DNA from: Synergistota bacterium
GTDB taxonomy: Bacteria > Synergistota > GBS-1
Direction: 5' to 3'
NCBI GenBank assembly: GCA_025060595.1
Contig: JANXBX010000001.1
Coordinates: 185,696-249,695 of the forward strand
Length of the DNA: 64,000 nucleotides
The notes under the pieces are model-generated. The model made no database searches. It worked only from the letters and a program-made list of their open reading frames with translations, and had not been told where the DNA came from. The number at the start of each line of letters is the position of its first letter. The stretch's first letter is position 1. The translations under genes and the position numbers were made by a program. Shown in pieces: positions 38,628-48,082 of the stretch.

Positions 38628-39383
38628 TTAATAACAATCTACATAAATAGTGCTACCTTGAACAGAAACTACATTAATTGGTAGACCAGCTACCTTCAAG
38701 CTCTGGGCAACACTATTTACATCCCCAGAGTAGAGGAACTCTATGACCGCCTGTCCTCCACCATATGAGGTTATTCTGACGTTTCGAGCACCAGGAAATC
38801 CTCTAATCTTCTCATAAACGCTATTAACCAAGCCATAGTCAGAAGCACCCCTTAAAACAACACGAGCTATTCCAGAAAAATCCCCTGGTTGTTGAGCTCC
38901 TATTAAAAAGGAAGCAGCTTTTGACGCCGCATCTATAAGAGCCTTACGTTGTGCTTCTTCACCAGTATAACCAACCGCTTTAGCAGAAAAGGCTTGACTC
39001 AACAAAAAACGAGCATCCTTTGCCCTATAAGCTTGGATGGAAAGAGAAGCTGTAGCTGTGTATAAGTTAAACTCGTTTAAACGCGGCTCCTCAAGCTGAG
39101 CTCTACCTCTAACAAAATATGCGATATTATAGGTACTTCCTAACTTCATTATTGCTTCAGCATTACCTTGAAGAGCAAGTATAGCCGCTTGACTTTTCTT
39201 TATACTCTCAAGCTGATCCCTTTCAACCACATTATAACCCGCATTTATAAGGGCTTCCATAACTTTCGACTCAGCAAGAGAGTTATTAAATATAACCGCA
39301 ACTCTTCCATCCCTAGGAAGAGAAGCAAAGGCCTCCCCTACAAAAGCAAAAAGAAAAACTAAGAGGATTATTAGTCTTCTCAT
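38628..39383 (-). CDS. Exported protein, paralog of the C-terminal two-thirds of 41248-42396 (FlgT-middle/CsgG-like)
   Basis: Signal peptide ...EAFA|S; AESKVMEALINAGYNVVERDQL vs SESTILSIFQNAGYHIVDPGQV. Confidence 0.7.
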   Translation of the reverse strand: MRRLIILLVFLFAFVGEAFASLPRDGRVAVIFNNSLAESKVMEALINAGYNVVERDQLESIKKSQAAILALQGNAEAIMKLGSTYNIAYFVRGRAQLEEPRLNEFNLYTATASLSIQAYRAKDARFLLSQAFSAKAVGYTGEEAQRKALIDAASKAASFLIGAQQPGDFSGIARVVLRGASDYGLVNSVYEKIRGFPGARNVRITSYGGGQAVIEFLYSGDVNSVAQSLKVAGLPINVVSVQGSTIYVDCY

Positions 39384-40786
39384 TACATAGCACCTACTTC
39401 CTTAAGCTTACTCTTTACAGGCTCATAGTTAGGATTAATAGTAAGCGCCTTTTTCCACCACTTTATTCCCTCGTCTTTCCTTCCCATTTCGTAATATACT
39501 CTGCCTAACCAATAGCAAGCTACATAGTTACCATTATAAGCATCAAAAGCAAGCTTATAGTTCTGAATTGCAAGAGAATAATTTCCCTTAGAATAATTGT
39601 AGTAACCAGCTTTGTGCAACCTTATAAGATTAGTTTTTAAACCTTGATCTATAGGCCATAGCTCTATTACCTCTATAGTTGTCCCCGTATTAAGTATGGA
39701 GCTACTCTGAGATGGTGGTGGAGGCGGTGGCGGCGGTGGTGGCTGAGTACCTCCTCCTTGCTGTGATGGCGGTTGTGAAGATGGCGGAGGTGGCGGAAGT
39801 ACACTTCCAGCAGAGCTTGGAGTAGTTTCAGGGCCAACTGTTAACCTTGGCCTTAGCTTTATATTCTCTATAGCAGAAGCATCAAATATTGGCTCGACTT
39901 TATCTCCTCTCATGACTCCCTTACCCTTGATTACACTTGCTATGGAATATTGGGGGAAAACCTCCTCAACTTGAAGAATAGCTATATAATACTTTTCAAC
40001 ACCAAGAAGCTCTCCTCTAATGCCACGTATAGGCTCACCCTCGATATAAACTGCAAAATAACTTCCAACCGTTACACCCGCATTAGCTTCTCCTGCATCT
40101 ATATAAACTCTGTTCCCCTCATCCCTTATCACATGATATATCATTTTCCCACCACGTGCTCTCATGGCCCCGATTTTTTTAACTATCTTTTCTATACATT
40201 GACGTGTAGCAGCAGCAAGTATTCCTTCCTCCTCGCTTTGGCCATACAGTAATCCCCCAAAGGCTATCCCACCAGCACTACGAGTAGCCTGACCTGTTTC
40301 TTTAGCCACAAGTAATATTTCACCAGTCTCCACACTTATCATTCTGATGTCTAAAGTAACATTAGCTTCTGACTCCCCTACAGCTATCCCGCCAAGCTGA
40401 GGAATAGGAATAATTCCTCCCTTTTTCTTCAAAGTAAATTGAGTTATGCTACCAGTTATAATAGCTTCGACTCCCAAAAGCTTCCCCAATTGAGCAGCAG
40501 TAGAAGCATCAACTAATCCCGCTTGAGCAAGCTTATGTTCCCTCGCGATCGCCTCTAAACGGCTTCTTTCTACTATAGAGAACATCTGCGTTTTCCAAAG
40601 CTCGGTTATAAACATATCAGTTATCGCTCTTCTCACAGCTTCAACCTGGGAACTTTCAGGTCCTGTTACATTATTACTAAAATCTACAACAGCGATTCTC
40701 ATTTTATCAGAAGCTCCAAAAGCAACGGAAACCAAACAACACAGTACGCTAAAAATAATAATCACCCATAAACCAAATTTCTTCAT
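39383..40786 (-). CDS. CsgG/HfaB-family protein with FlgT_C-like domain, Pro-rich linker and C-terminal TPRs
   Basis: RIAVVDFSN, FSIVERSRLEAI..E, AAQLGKLLGVEAIITGSITQF, VTLDIRMISVETGEI; VYIDAGEANAGV; PPPPPPPP; YWLGRVYYEMG..KKALTINPNY. Confidence 0.85.
   Translation of the reverse strand: MKKFGLWVIIIFSVLCCLVSVAFGASDKMRIAVVDFSNNVTGPESSQVEAVRRAITDMFITELWKTQMFSIVERSRLEAIAREHKLAQAGLVDASTAAQLGKLLGVEAIITGSITQFTLKKKGGIIPIPQLGGIAVGESEANVTLDIRMISVETGEILLVAKETGQATRSAGGIAFGGLLYGQSEEEGILAAATRQCIEKIVKKIGAMRARGGKMIYHVIRDEGNRVYIDAGEANAGVTVGSYFAVYIEGEPIRGIRGELLGVEKYYIAILQVEEVFPQYSIASVIKGKGVMRGDKVEPIFDASAIENIKLRPRLTVGPETTPSSAGSVLPPPPPSSQPPSQQGGGTQPPPPPPPPPPSQSSSILNTGTTIEVIELWPIDQGLKTNLIRLHKAGYYNYSKGNYSLAIQNYKLAFDAYNGNYVACYWLGRVYYEMGRKDEGIKWWKKALTINPNYEPVKSKLKEVGAM
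39712..39800 (-). repeat. Low-complexity poly-proline coding tract
   Basis: GGT/GGC/GGA runs on the + strand encoding LPPPPPSSQPPSQQGGGTQPPPPPPPPPS. Confidence 0.8.
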
Positions 40787-40804
40787 AACCGTTACCCTCC
40801 CCTC

Positions 40805-41251
40805 CTACTGAACCTCTACACTATACTCTAACAGTTCCTTTAAAGGTATCTTCAAAACTATTCTATAAAACTTTCCATCAAAAATTTCCTCAGTCACATA
40901 ACCTCCTCCAACTACACCCTTTATCTTCACACTTTTATACCCCTTAGGAAGAGGATAATTAAGCTGATATAAAAGAAAGAGAGCATTTCTTTGGGCTATT
41001 AACACTGCCGCTCTTCGGGCAAGAAGCTTAGCTTGTGCCTCCGTTTCATACTTTTCTGGAACCATTCCTATACCTTTTACAATAACCATCTTCTCTTCCC
41101 AGTCTATGCTACCCCATGGAAAACCTTCCAAGGCAAGATTACCCTCATTAAATCTTCTTAAAAGCTCAATGTCTACATTGTAAGGAACAGCATAGACTGG
41201 GAAAGAAAAAAATAAAAATAAAGGGAGAAGGGTAATAACTACCTTCTTCAA
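40805..41251 (-). CDS. Exported LPP20-like domain protein (short paralog of 42403-43245)
   Basis: GSIDWEEKMVIVKGIGMVP..AQAKLLARRAAVLIAQRNAL vs GTINWTEDYVEASGSAVPP..AQGKLLAKRGAILDLQRNLL. Confidence 0.7.
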   Translation of the reverse strand: MKKVVITLLPLFLFFSFPVYAVPYNVDIELLRRFNEGNLALEGFPWGSIDWEEKMVIVKGIGMVPEKYETEAQAKLLARRAAVLIAQRNALFLLYQLNYPLPKGYKSVKIKGVVGGGYVTEEIFDGKFYRIVLKIPLKELLEYSVEVQ

Positions 41252-42396
41252 ATACCTCCCCCTCCTGGTTTTAACTTACAAATTATATTATTTGCTGTAA
41301 AGTTTACAATCTCCAAACCTAGCTCCTCAAGACGAACCGCTAAGTCTTCAGAATTACCTTCAAAATTAACATCCATTACAAGGTTACCATCGGTAAAGCT
41401 TCTCTGATATACCCCAACAACCCCCTTAAACTTCTCTATCTCACCTTTGATCTTACGAGCCTGAGTAAAGTTTATTCCTTCTACCCTAACCTGTATTGTC
41501 CTTCCAGCGATTCCCTTACCCGTCTGGCCAAGCATAGCATAGGCAACTTCATAAATGAGCTTCTTCGCTGCCTCAGTAGCAGCCTCCCTTAAGGCCTTCA
41601 TGGCAGCATCATCAACGCTTAAACCAATACTTCTAACAGAAGGTATAGCAACCCCTAATATCTTCCCGGTCTGGGTTATTATGGCCTCTATGCTAAGTTG
41701 AGCCTGAACTCCATAAAGTTTTTGACCTGAAACTACTTGAGATGTATAAGGAACCGCCATAGCCTTACCGGATATAACCACATCGGCATCATGTCTTTTA
41801 GCAAGCTCTATCAATCTAGATTTGTCTCCGGTCAAGGCTGCTTCTGTTGCTTCTCTACGCCTGTTAACGTCCACCTGACCAGGATCAACTATATGATATC
41901 CAGCATTTTGAAAGATACTTAATATAGTAGACTCACTAACTGAGAGAAAAGGGGTTTTCCCATCTATGTTTTCAGCTATACAAACCATTAAAACTGGATT
42001 ACCCAAGGTATCAATGACCACAGGTCCTAAAACATCGTTTAACTTAGTTAAGGCAACTGTCGCTTTCATTTTAACTTTTATCATCCCGTCTTCTTCCCAT
42101 CTACTAAGGACCTTATAGTCAGTGACGAGCCCCTTAGACTGAGCCATAACTTTATCTCTTATAACCTGAAAGTTTTCCATTTCCGTTATTCCTTGAATTA
42201 AAACCCCCAACCCTTGCTCTATAGCATTTCTAAAAGCATCCCTTTTCGCCTCTTCAAAGGCCCTGTTTTTATCTCCCCCTATAATAGCCCCTACTCCCTC
42301 TACATCAAGCGTAACACTACCTTTTTCTTGCCCAACTACCACAAACGGACAAGCTAACAGAAGTGATAATAAAAGAAAAGGTAGTAAGAGCCTCAT
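41248..42396 (-). CDS. FlgT N-terminal-like domain protein, possible lipoprotein
   Basis: LLLAC possible lipobox; VEGVGAI..RAFEEAKRDAFRNAIEQGLGV..SKGLVTDYKVL FlgT_N pattern. Confidence 0.7.
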   Translation of the reverse strand: MRLLLPFLLLSLLLACPFVVVGQEKGSVTLDVEGVGAIIGGDKNRAFEEAKRDAFRNAIEQGLGVLIQGITEMENFQVIRDKVMAQSKGLVTDYKVLSRWEEDGMIKVKMKATVALTKLNDVLGPVVIDTLGNPVLMVCIAENIDGKTPFLSVSESTILSIFQNAGYHIVDPGQVDVNRRREATEAALTGDKSRLIELAKRHDADVVISGKAMAVPYTSQVVSGQKLYGVQAQLSIEAIITQTGKILGVAIPSVRSIGLSVDDAAMKALREAATEAAKKLIYEVAYAMLGQTGKGIAGRTIQVRVEGINFTQARKIKGEIEKFKGVVGVYQRSFTDGNLVMDVNFEGNSEDLAVRLEELGLEIVNFTANNIICKLKPGGGGI

Positions 42397-42402
42397 TCAG
42401 GC

Positions 42403-43245
42403 TCACCTTTTCACCACTATAACATTGCAAGCGGCTCTAAAGTCATAGTTATTATTTCTTATAGCATCTGCATCCTTCTGAGAAATAACCACATCTACAT
42501 TATTAGGAGAAACGGTTTGAACAGCCTTAGCCACAAGAGGCCTAGGACCCACCCTTGGATCGCCCGTTGCCCAGTTTATGTTAGTTTGATAGGCGGCCAT
42601 ACCGCTTGCCATGAACCTTTCCCTATCAACATGCTGAAGAGAGTAAACTTCCTTTCCATTGGGATCCAAAATTCTAAAGGTAGTAGCAGGAATCAAAGGC
42701 ACTTCACGCGCATCAAGAACAAGCCCAGTGTAGTTCGCCTTAGGTGGGGGTGGTGATACCGGTTTGGATTGGATACCCATGGTATCAGCAACAATCTTCC
42801 TCACTTTCTTAAGATATATTCTTCCCCAAACGGTGTAAATCTCCCCATCCCACTTTTCCCTAACTATCTCAACACCTTTAATCCATCCTTCCACTTCGCT
42901 TCTCACAACATCGCTTTTAACCATAAAGTTTTCCATAAGAGTCTGACTATCTATTCTAACTCCTTTTATAGTCTCGAGTAAGTTTCTCTGAAGGTCTAAA
43001 ATAGCTCCCCTCTTAGCTAGGAGTTTCCCTTGAGCTTTATTAACAGCAGTAGTCGGGGGAACAGCAGAACCCGAAGCCTCAACATAGTCCTCCGTCCAGT
43101 TAATGGTTCCGTGAGCCGTCTCTTCTATAACCTTTTCCATTTCAGCTCCCGCTTGAGCCTGAATTCCGGAAGATTGAGCGAAAGCCCCAAGTGCCATAAT
43201 CCCTAATCCTAAACATACCATTAGCCATCCTATGGGCTTCCTCAT
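42403..43245 (-). CDS. LPP20-family exported protein
   Basis: Signal peptide; INW..A.G, LAKRGAILDLQRNLLETIKGVRIDSQT, V.GWIKGVEIV; C-terminal YTGLVLDAR domain. Confidence 0.75.
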   Translation of the reverse strand: MRKPIGWLMVCLGLGIMALGAFAQSSGIQAQAGAEMEKVIEETAHGTINWTEDYVEASGSAVPPTTAVNKAQGKLLAKRGAILDLQRNLLETIKGVRIDSQTLMENFMVKSDVVRSEVEGWIKGVEIVREKWDGEIYTVWGRIYLKKVRKIVADTMGIQSKPVSPPPPKANYTGLVLDAREVPLIPATTFRILDPNGKEVYSLQHVDRERFMASGMAAYQTNINWATGDPRVGPRPLVAKAVQTVSPNNVDVVISQKDADAIRNNNYDFRAACNVIVVKR

Positions 43246-43279
43246 ACTAGTCTCCTCCTCTCCAAATTTTTATAAATTT

Positions 43280-43288
43280 ATTTTACCA
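43280..43288 (-). promoter_or_regulatory. Extended -10 promoter for the LPP20/FlgT/CsgG operon
   Basis: TGGTAAAAT on the - strand about 35 nt before ATG 43245; SD GAGGAGG. Confidence 0.5.
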
Positions 43289-43291
43289 CAT

Positions 43292-44062
43292 TTACTTAAT
43301 TCTGAAAAACTTGTTAGCGTTTTCATAAGTCAGAAAAGCAAGCCTCTCCTTATTTTCACCCCTTGCTCTAGCTACCTCTTCAAGCACATACAAAAGATAG
43401 GAGGGCTCATTCCTTTCCCCTCTGTGAGGCCTAGGAGCTAAATAAGGGGAATCCGTTTCTATAAGAACTCTTTCAAGTGGAACTAACGATGCAGCTTTCC
43501 TTAAGTCATCTGCATTAGGAAAAGTTATTATGCCAGAGAAGGAAACGTAAAGTCCGAGAGATAACCCCTTTTCAAGATACTTCGTACCACCCGTATAACA
43601 GTGCAACACTCCTCCACCTTCAGGTAGACCTACATTTTCAATTATCGAAAAGGCATCCTCATGGGCATCCCTTACATGAATTATCACAGGCTTATTAACT
43701 TCCTTAGCTAAAGAAAGCTGGGCTTCGAAAACTTTCCTCTGAATCTCCCGAGGAGAGTTATCATAGTAATAATCAAGGCCCGTTTCCCCTAAGGCCACAA
43801 CCTTTGGATGAGAAAGAAGCCTCTTAAGGTTTAATATATCTTCCTCACGGAAAAGTTTCGCATCATGAGGATGAAAACCACAAGCAGCATAAGCACCATC
43901 CATACCTTCCACCATCTTCACTGCTCTCTCACTTGATGACAAGTCCCATCCTACTACAACCATTCTGTAGATTCCAGCCTTTTTAGCCTTTTCGTAAACT
44001 TCTCTCCAATCATCTTTAAAATGCTTCATATTAAGATGGCAATGGCTATCAAAGAGCCTCAT
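43292..44062 (-). CDS. tatD: TatD-family hydrolase
   Basis: DSHCHL, GFHPH, GETGLDYY, IIHVRDA, HCYTG, IETDSPYL, RNEP. Confidence 0.95.
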   Translation of the reverse strand: MRLFDSHCHLNMKHFKDDWREVYEKAKKAGIYRMVVVGWDLSSSERAVKMVEGMDGAYAACGFHPHDAKLFREEDILNLKRLLSHPKVVALGETGLDYYYDNSPREIQRKVFEAQLSLAKEVNKPVIIHVRDAHEDAFSIIENVGLPEGGGVLHCYTGGTKYLEKGLSLGLYVSFSGIITFPNADDLRKAASLVPLERVLIETDSPYLAPRPHRGERNEPSYLLYVLEEVARARGENKERLAFLTYENANKFFRIK

Positions 44063-44067
44063 TTTCT

Positions 44068-45954
44068 TTAAGTCACCTTACTTCCAGGCCCTACCTCTTT
44101 CTCTGGCCTAAGTATTACTGGCCTACCCTCCTTATCTATAGCAGCAAGAAGCATCCCATGAGAGATTATCCCTTTTATCTTCGCAGGCTCAAGATTAGCT
44201 ATAACAACTACTTCCTTGCCAACAAGATCCTCAGGGGAGTAAACTTCCGCTATCCCAGCAACTATAGTTCTTACCTCATCACCCACATCTATTTCAAGTT
44301 TAAGAAGCTTATCGGTTCTCGGCACTCTTTCCGCAGATATAACCCTAGCTATCCTCAAATCCATCCTCCTAAATTCCTCGATGCTTATAAACTCGGTCAT
44401 TTTTCTCTCCTCCTTTTTAGGTTCAACCACTGCCTCTTTTCTGGGGAAAAGTATCTCCCCAGGTTTAACTTTGATACCAACTGGAAACCTACCCCAAACT
44501 AAGGAGGAAAAACCGTGATCCTCTGGTTTTCCCTCCAAACCAAGCATTTTCCAAGCTTTAACACCGCTTTCGGGCATAAAGGGGGTCAGCATAACAACCA
44601 GAAACCTCAGTCCTTCAAGAACAGTATAGAGAATCCTTGATAGCCTCTTTTTATTACCCTCTTTAGCTAAAGACCAGGGAGATGTTTCGTCTATATACTT
44701 ATTAAGGCGAGATGAAAACGCGAAAATATCCCTTAAAGTTTTGTCGAAACCAAACTCATCCATATATTCCTTAGCCCTTCTTAAGGTTTCCTCAGCCAAG
44801 GAAGCCACTTCCCTATCAACTGGCTCTTCTTCCCCAGGTTCAGGAACGATGCCATCAAAAAATCTTTCAACCATGACTAAAGTTCTATTAAGAAGGTTAC
44901 CAAAGTTGTCAGCAAGGTCACCGTTAATCCTGTTTATGAAAGCATCATGTGAAAAATCCCCATCAAGGCCAAAGGGGACTTCCCTAAGTAAGAAGTACCT
45001 GAAGGAATCAACCCCATACTTATCCACTACCTCATTAGGATCTACTACATTACCCTTGGACTTCGACATCTTCTCCCCTTCAACCGTCCACCAACCATGC
45101 GCAAATACCATCTTTGGAGGATTAAGTCCAAGAGCCATGAGCATAGCAGGCCATATAACCGCATGGAATCTCAAGATATCTTTTCCAACAAGATGGTGAA
45201 CTACAGGCCAATATTTTTTAAGCTTCTCATCATCCTGAGTAAACCCCGCAACCGTAAGATAGTTTATAAGAGCATCGAACCAAACATATATCACATGAGA
45301 GGGATCTCCTGGGAAAGGTATACCCCACTTCACAGTTGTTCTTGTAACACTTATATCCTTTAACCCCATTTTTATAAAGCTATAAACCTCATTATATCGA
45401 GACTCCGGTTTGACACAATCAGGATTTTTCTCCATATGCTCAAGAAGCTTATTCTGATATTTAGAAAGCCTAAAAAAGTATGTTTCCTCGCTTACCCTTT
45501 CAACTTCTCTACCACAATCAGGGCATCTCCTTTCAGCCAGAAGCTGCGATTCACTCCAAAACGTTTCACAAAAAACACAGTACCACCCTTCATATACTCC
45601 CTTATATATATCTCCCGACTCTATCATACGTCTAAAAGCCTCTTGAACCACATTTTTATGTCTTTCTTCCGTGGTTCTTATAAAATCATCATAGCTTATG
45701 TTAAGCTTGACCCATAAGCTCTTAAAGTTTTCAACAACCTTATCGGCAAGCTCCTTTGGATGAAGAGCCTGCTTCTCAGCAGCCCTATGTATCTTCTGAC
45801 CATGTTCATCAGTCCCCGTACAAAATAAAACATCATAGCCATCCATCCTTTTCCAACGAGCCATGACATCCGCTGCTATAGTCGTATAGGCATGCCCTAT
45901 ATGAGGAACATCATTAACATAATAAATCGGAGTAGTTATATAAAATCTCTTCAA
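44068..45954 (-). CDS. metG: Methionyl-tRNA synthetase
   Basis: TTPIYYVNDVPHIGH, KMSKS, Zn knuckle CVFC/CPDC, C-terminal tRNA-binding domain. Confidence 0.98.
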   Translation of the reverse strand: MKRFYITTPIYYVNDVPHIGHAYTTIAADVMARWKRMDGYDVLFCTGTDEHGQKIHRAAEKQALHPKELADKVVENFKSLWVKLNISYDDFIRTTEERHKNVVQEAFRRMIESGDIYKGVYEGWYCVFCETFWSESQLLAERRCPDCGREVERVSEETYFFRLSKYQNKLLEHMEKNPDCVKPESRYNEVYSFIKMGLKDISVTRTTVKWGIPFPGDPSHVIYVWFDALINYLTVAGFTQDDEKLKKYWPVVHHLVGKDILRFHAVIWPAMLMALGLNPPKMVFAHGWWTVEGEKMSKSKGNVVDPNEVVDKYGVDSFRYFLLREVPFGLDGDFSHDAFINRINGDLADNFGNLLNRTLVMVERFFDGIVPEPGEEEPVDREVASLAEETLRRAKEYMDEFGFDKTLRDIFAFSSRLNKYIDETSPWSLAKEGNKKRLSRILYTVLEGLRFLVVMLTPFMPESGVKAWKMLGLEGKPEDHGFSSLVWGRFPVGIKVKPGEILFPRKEAVVEPKKEERKMTEFISIEEFRRMDLRIARVISAERVPRTDKLLKLEIDVGDEVRTIVAGIAEVYSPEDLVGKEVVVIANLEPAKIKGIISHGMLLAAIDKEGRPVILRPEKEVGPGSKVT

Positions 45955-46784
45955 TCCTTATCCCCCCTTTTCAACTTCAAAACCATCTTATATATTTCCC
46001 TTTTAGGGAGCTTGATCTCCTCAGAAAGCTTCTTTACCACTTCCTTAGAAGTAAGTCCCTTTTTCAGGAGAGAAGTTATCCTTTCCTCAATGTTCTCCTT
46101 AACATCTCCCTTGCTAAGATTCTCATTACCTTCTACCACTAAAACGATCTCTCCCTTCAGATCCTTCGCCTTAGCTAAAAGCTCCGAAAGGTAGCCTCTT
46201 AAAGCTTCCTCATGAAGCTTGGTTATCTCTCTAACTAAACAAGCCTTTCTATCTCCTAACATTTCAAGTATATCACACAAGCTTTCATATATTCTATGAG
46301 GCGATTCATAAAACACCAAAGTAAAGGGAAGATCCCTAAGACCCTTTAGAGTCTTCAACCTCTTCCCCTTCTGAGAGGGAAGGAAACCATAGAATATAAA
46401 TGGATGAGGAGTTATCCCTGAAAGAAGGAGAGCAGGAACAAAAGCAGTTGGTCCAGGGAGAACTTCTATCTTAAAACCCTCCTCTATACAAAACTTTATC
46501 GCTTCAGCTCCTACATCAGATATTCCAGGAGTACCTGCATCGCTCACCAACGAAATACTTTTCCCTTCTGAAAGAAGCTCTTTAAGAAGAGGAATCCTTT
46601 TCTTCCAGTTATTCTTGTTATAACTATAAAGCTTTTTCCTTTCTATTCCATATTTATTAAGAAGTATTCGAGTTCTTCTTGTATCCTCAGCAAATATAAC
46701 GTCACATTCTTTTAAAATCCTTAAAACCCTTAAAGTTACGTCTTCAAGGTTACCTATTGGTGTCGGACATATAAATAGGGGCAT
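45951..46784 (-). CDS. rsmI: 16S rRNA C1402 2'-O-methyltransferase
   Basis: PTPIGNLEDVTLR, AEDTR, SDAGTPGISD, FYESPHR, REITKLHEE. Confidence 0.96.
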   Translation of the reverse strand: MPLFICPTPIGNLEDVTLRVLRILKECDVIFAEDTRRTRILLNKYGIERKKLYSYNKNNWKKRIPLLKELLSEGKSISLVSDAGTPGISDVGAEAIKFCIEEGFKIEVLPGPTAFVPALLLSGITPHPFIFYGFLPSQKGKRLKTLKGLRDLPFTLVFYESPHRIYESLCDILEMLGDRKACLVREITKLHEEALRGYLSELLAKAKDLKGEIVLVVEGNENLSKGDVKENIEERITSLLKKGLTSKEVVKKLSEEIKLPKREIYKMVLKLKRGDKD

Positions 46785-47513
46785 TTATATCTCACCCATA
46801 TATATCTTCTTTAGCTCCTCCGTATAACTTCCGTCCTCGTTATAAAGAATAAGAGGGCAAGAAACCTTTATCGATGGGGAACCATCTCTAACTCCCTTAA
46901 CCAAGATGAACTCAGCATCCTCATTAATTTTGGAATGGACAAATCTCATCTCCTTAGGCTCTATCTTAAGTCTTCTCATATGAAATAAAAGCTCAGCTAA
47001 CCTAAAGGGCCTATAGATGAGGTATAGTCTTCCACCCGTAGAAAGAAGATACCTTGAAGCTTTCAAGAACTCTTCAAGAGTACAACCTTCCTCGGTATAA
47101 GCTATGGATCTCATCTTATCGGAAGGTAACCTTCCGCTCTCCAACGATATGTAGGGAGGATTACCCAAAACCACGCTAAACGCCCCTTGCGGGAAATATT
47201 CTTCTATTTTTCTTAAGTCTCCCTGAATTATTTCTATTCTTTCAGAAAACCCGTTGATCTCAACGTTCTTTCTAGCTAGCTCTACAAGCTCAGGTTGTAA
47301 TTCTATCCCCGAAAGCCTTATCCCAGGAACCTTCAAGGCTAAAAGAAGAAGTACTATTCCCGTTCCTACCCCAAGCTCTATAACTTTATCTTTCGGCCTT
47401 AAAGTCAAAAAATCAGAAAGCAAAAGAGCCTCAATCCCAAAACGCGGTCCTTCCGAAGGTTGATAAAGCTTAAGCTTCCCCCTTAATATAGAATCAAACG
47501 TATATGTGCTCAT
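46785..47513 (-). CDS. tRNA1(Val) adenine-N6 methyltransferase family
   Basis: ELGVGTG SAM motif, GNPPY, adjacency to rsmI. Confidence 0.85.
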   Translation of the reverse strand: MSTYTFDSILRGKLKLYQPSEGPRFGIEALLLSDFLTLRPKDKVIELGVGTGIVLLLLALKVPGIRLSGIELQPELVELARKNVEINGFSERIEIIQGDLRKIEEYFPQGAFSVVLGNPPYISLESGRLPSDKMRSIAYTEEGCTLEEFLKASRYLLSTGGRLYLIYRPFRLAELLFHMRRLKIEPKEMRFVHSKINEDAEFILVKGVRDGSPSIKVSCPLILYNEDGSYTEELKKIYMGEI

Positions 47514-48082
47514 TTCCTTTTAGCCTTAGATTTCGCCTCCTCTACCTCTCCTCTAAGTAGCTCTAAAACCTCCCTAATAAGCTCTCCCTTGCTTTTGTTT
47601 AAAAGCATAGAGAGCTTTTCTCTTAAACGACTCTCTATCCTCGAAGGATCAGAACCATATTTATTAATAGCTACATCCAAAAGCTTAAGCATTCTATCAA
47701 GTACAGAAGCCCCTATCTCCCTAACTATAAGCCTTTTAGTCACCTCAGCAGCCCCTTCAACAGAAAAACCAAAAAGAAGGAGATCACCAAAACCATCAAT
47801 AAAAGCCTTTACCTCCCCCTCAGAAAGCCTCCATAATAGAGAAGATTTAACCAAATCCTTTAAAGAAATTATTAAAAGAGATTCTTCAAGGCTTTTATCC
47901 CCAACCTTGTTAAGCAGGCTTTTTATCCCTCTTTCCACACCACCATAAAAGTCCTTTTTAGCTTTTTCTGAAAAAGTCGAGGCTTCAAGAATTTCCTTGG
48001 TATAGGTTAAGATCTCATCATGAACTTTGCCCTTGTCAAGAGAATAGGCGTTTGAAGAAAGAAGCAAAAGCCAAAGGATCAA
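47510..48082 (-). CDS. Hypothetical helical protein with short signal-peptide-like N-terminus
   Basis: 190-aa ORF overlapping both neighbours, ATGA coupling to the next gene; no recognised motif. Confidence 0.65.
   Translation of the reverse strand: MILWLLLLSSNAYSLDKGKVHDEILTYTKEILEASTFSEKAKKDFYGGVERGIKSLLNKVGDKSLEESLLIISLKDLVKSSLLWRLSEGEVKAFIDGFGDLLLFGFSVEGAAEVTKRLIVREIGASVLDRMLKLLDVAINKYGSDPSRIESRLREKLSMLLNKSKGELIREVLELLRGEVEEAKSKAKRK

Noticed and set aside
39712-39800. G-rich tandem repeat as a phase-variation or G-quadruplex element
   Set aside because: Explained by mixed proline codons of an in-frame linker
39383-40786. Curli biogenesis system
   Set aside because: Only a CsgG-like domain is present; no curlin-repeat CsgA/B or CsgE/F genes in the window
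38545-43290. Genomic island integrated at tRNA-Pro carrying the CsgG/FlgT operon
   Set aside because: The operon ends 5 nt from the tRNA CCA, but no integrase and no duplicated tRNA 3' end were seen near 43250-43290, and composition resembles the flanks
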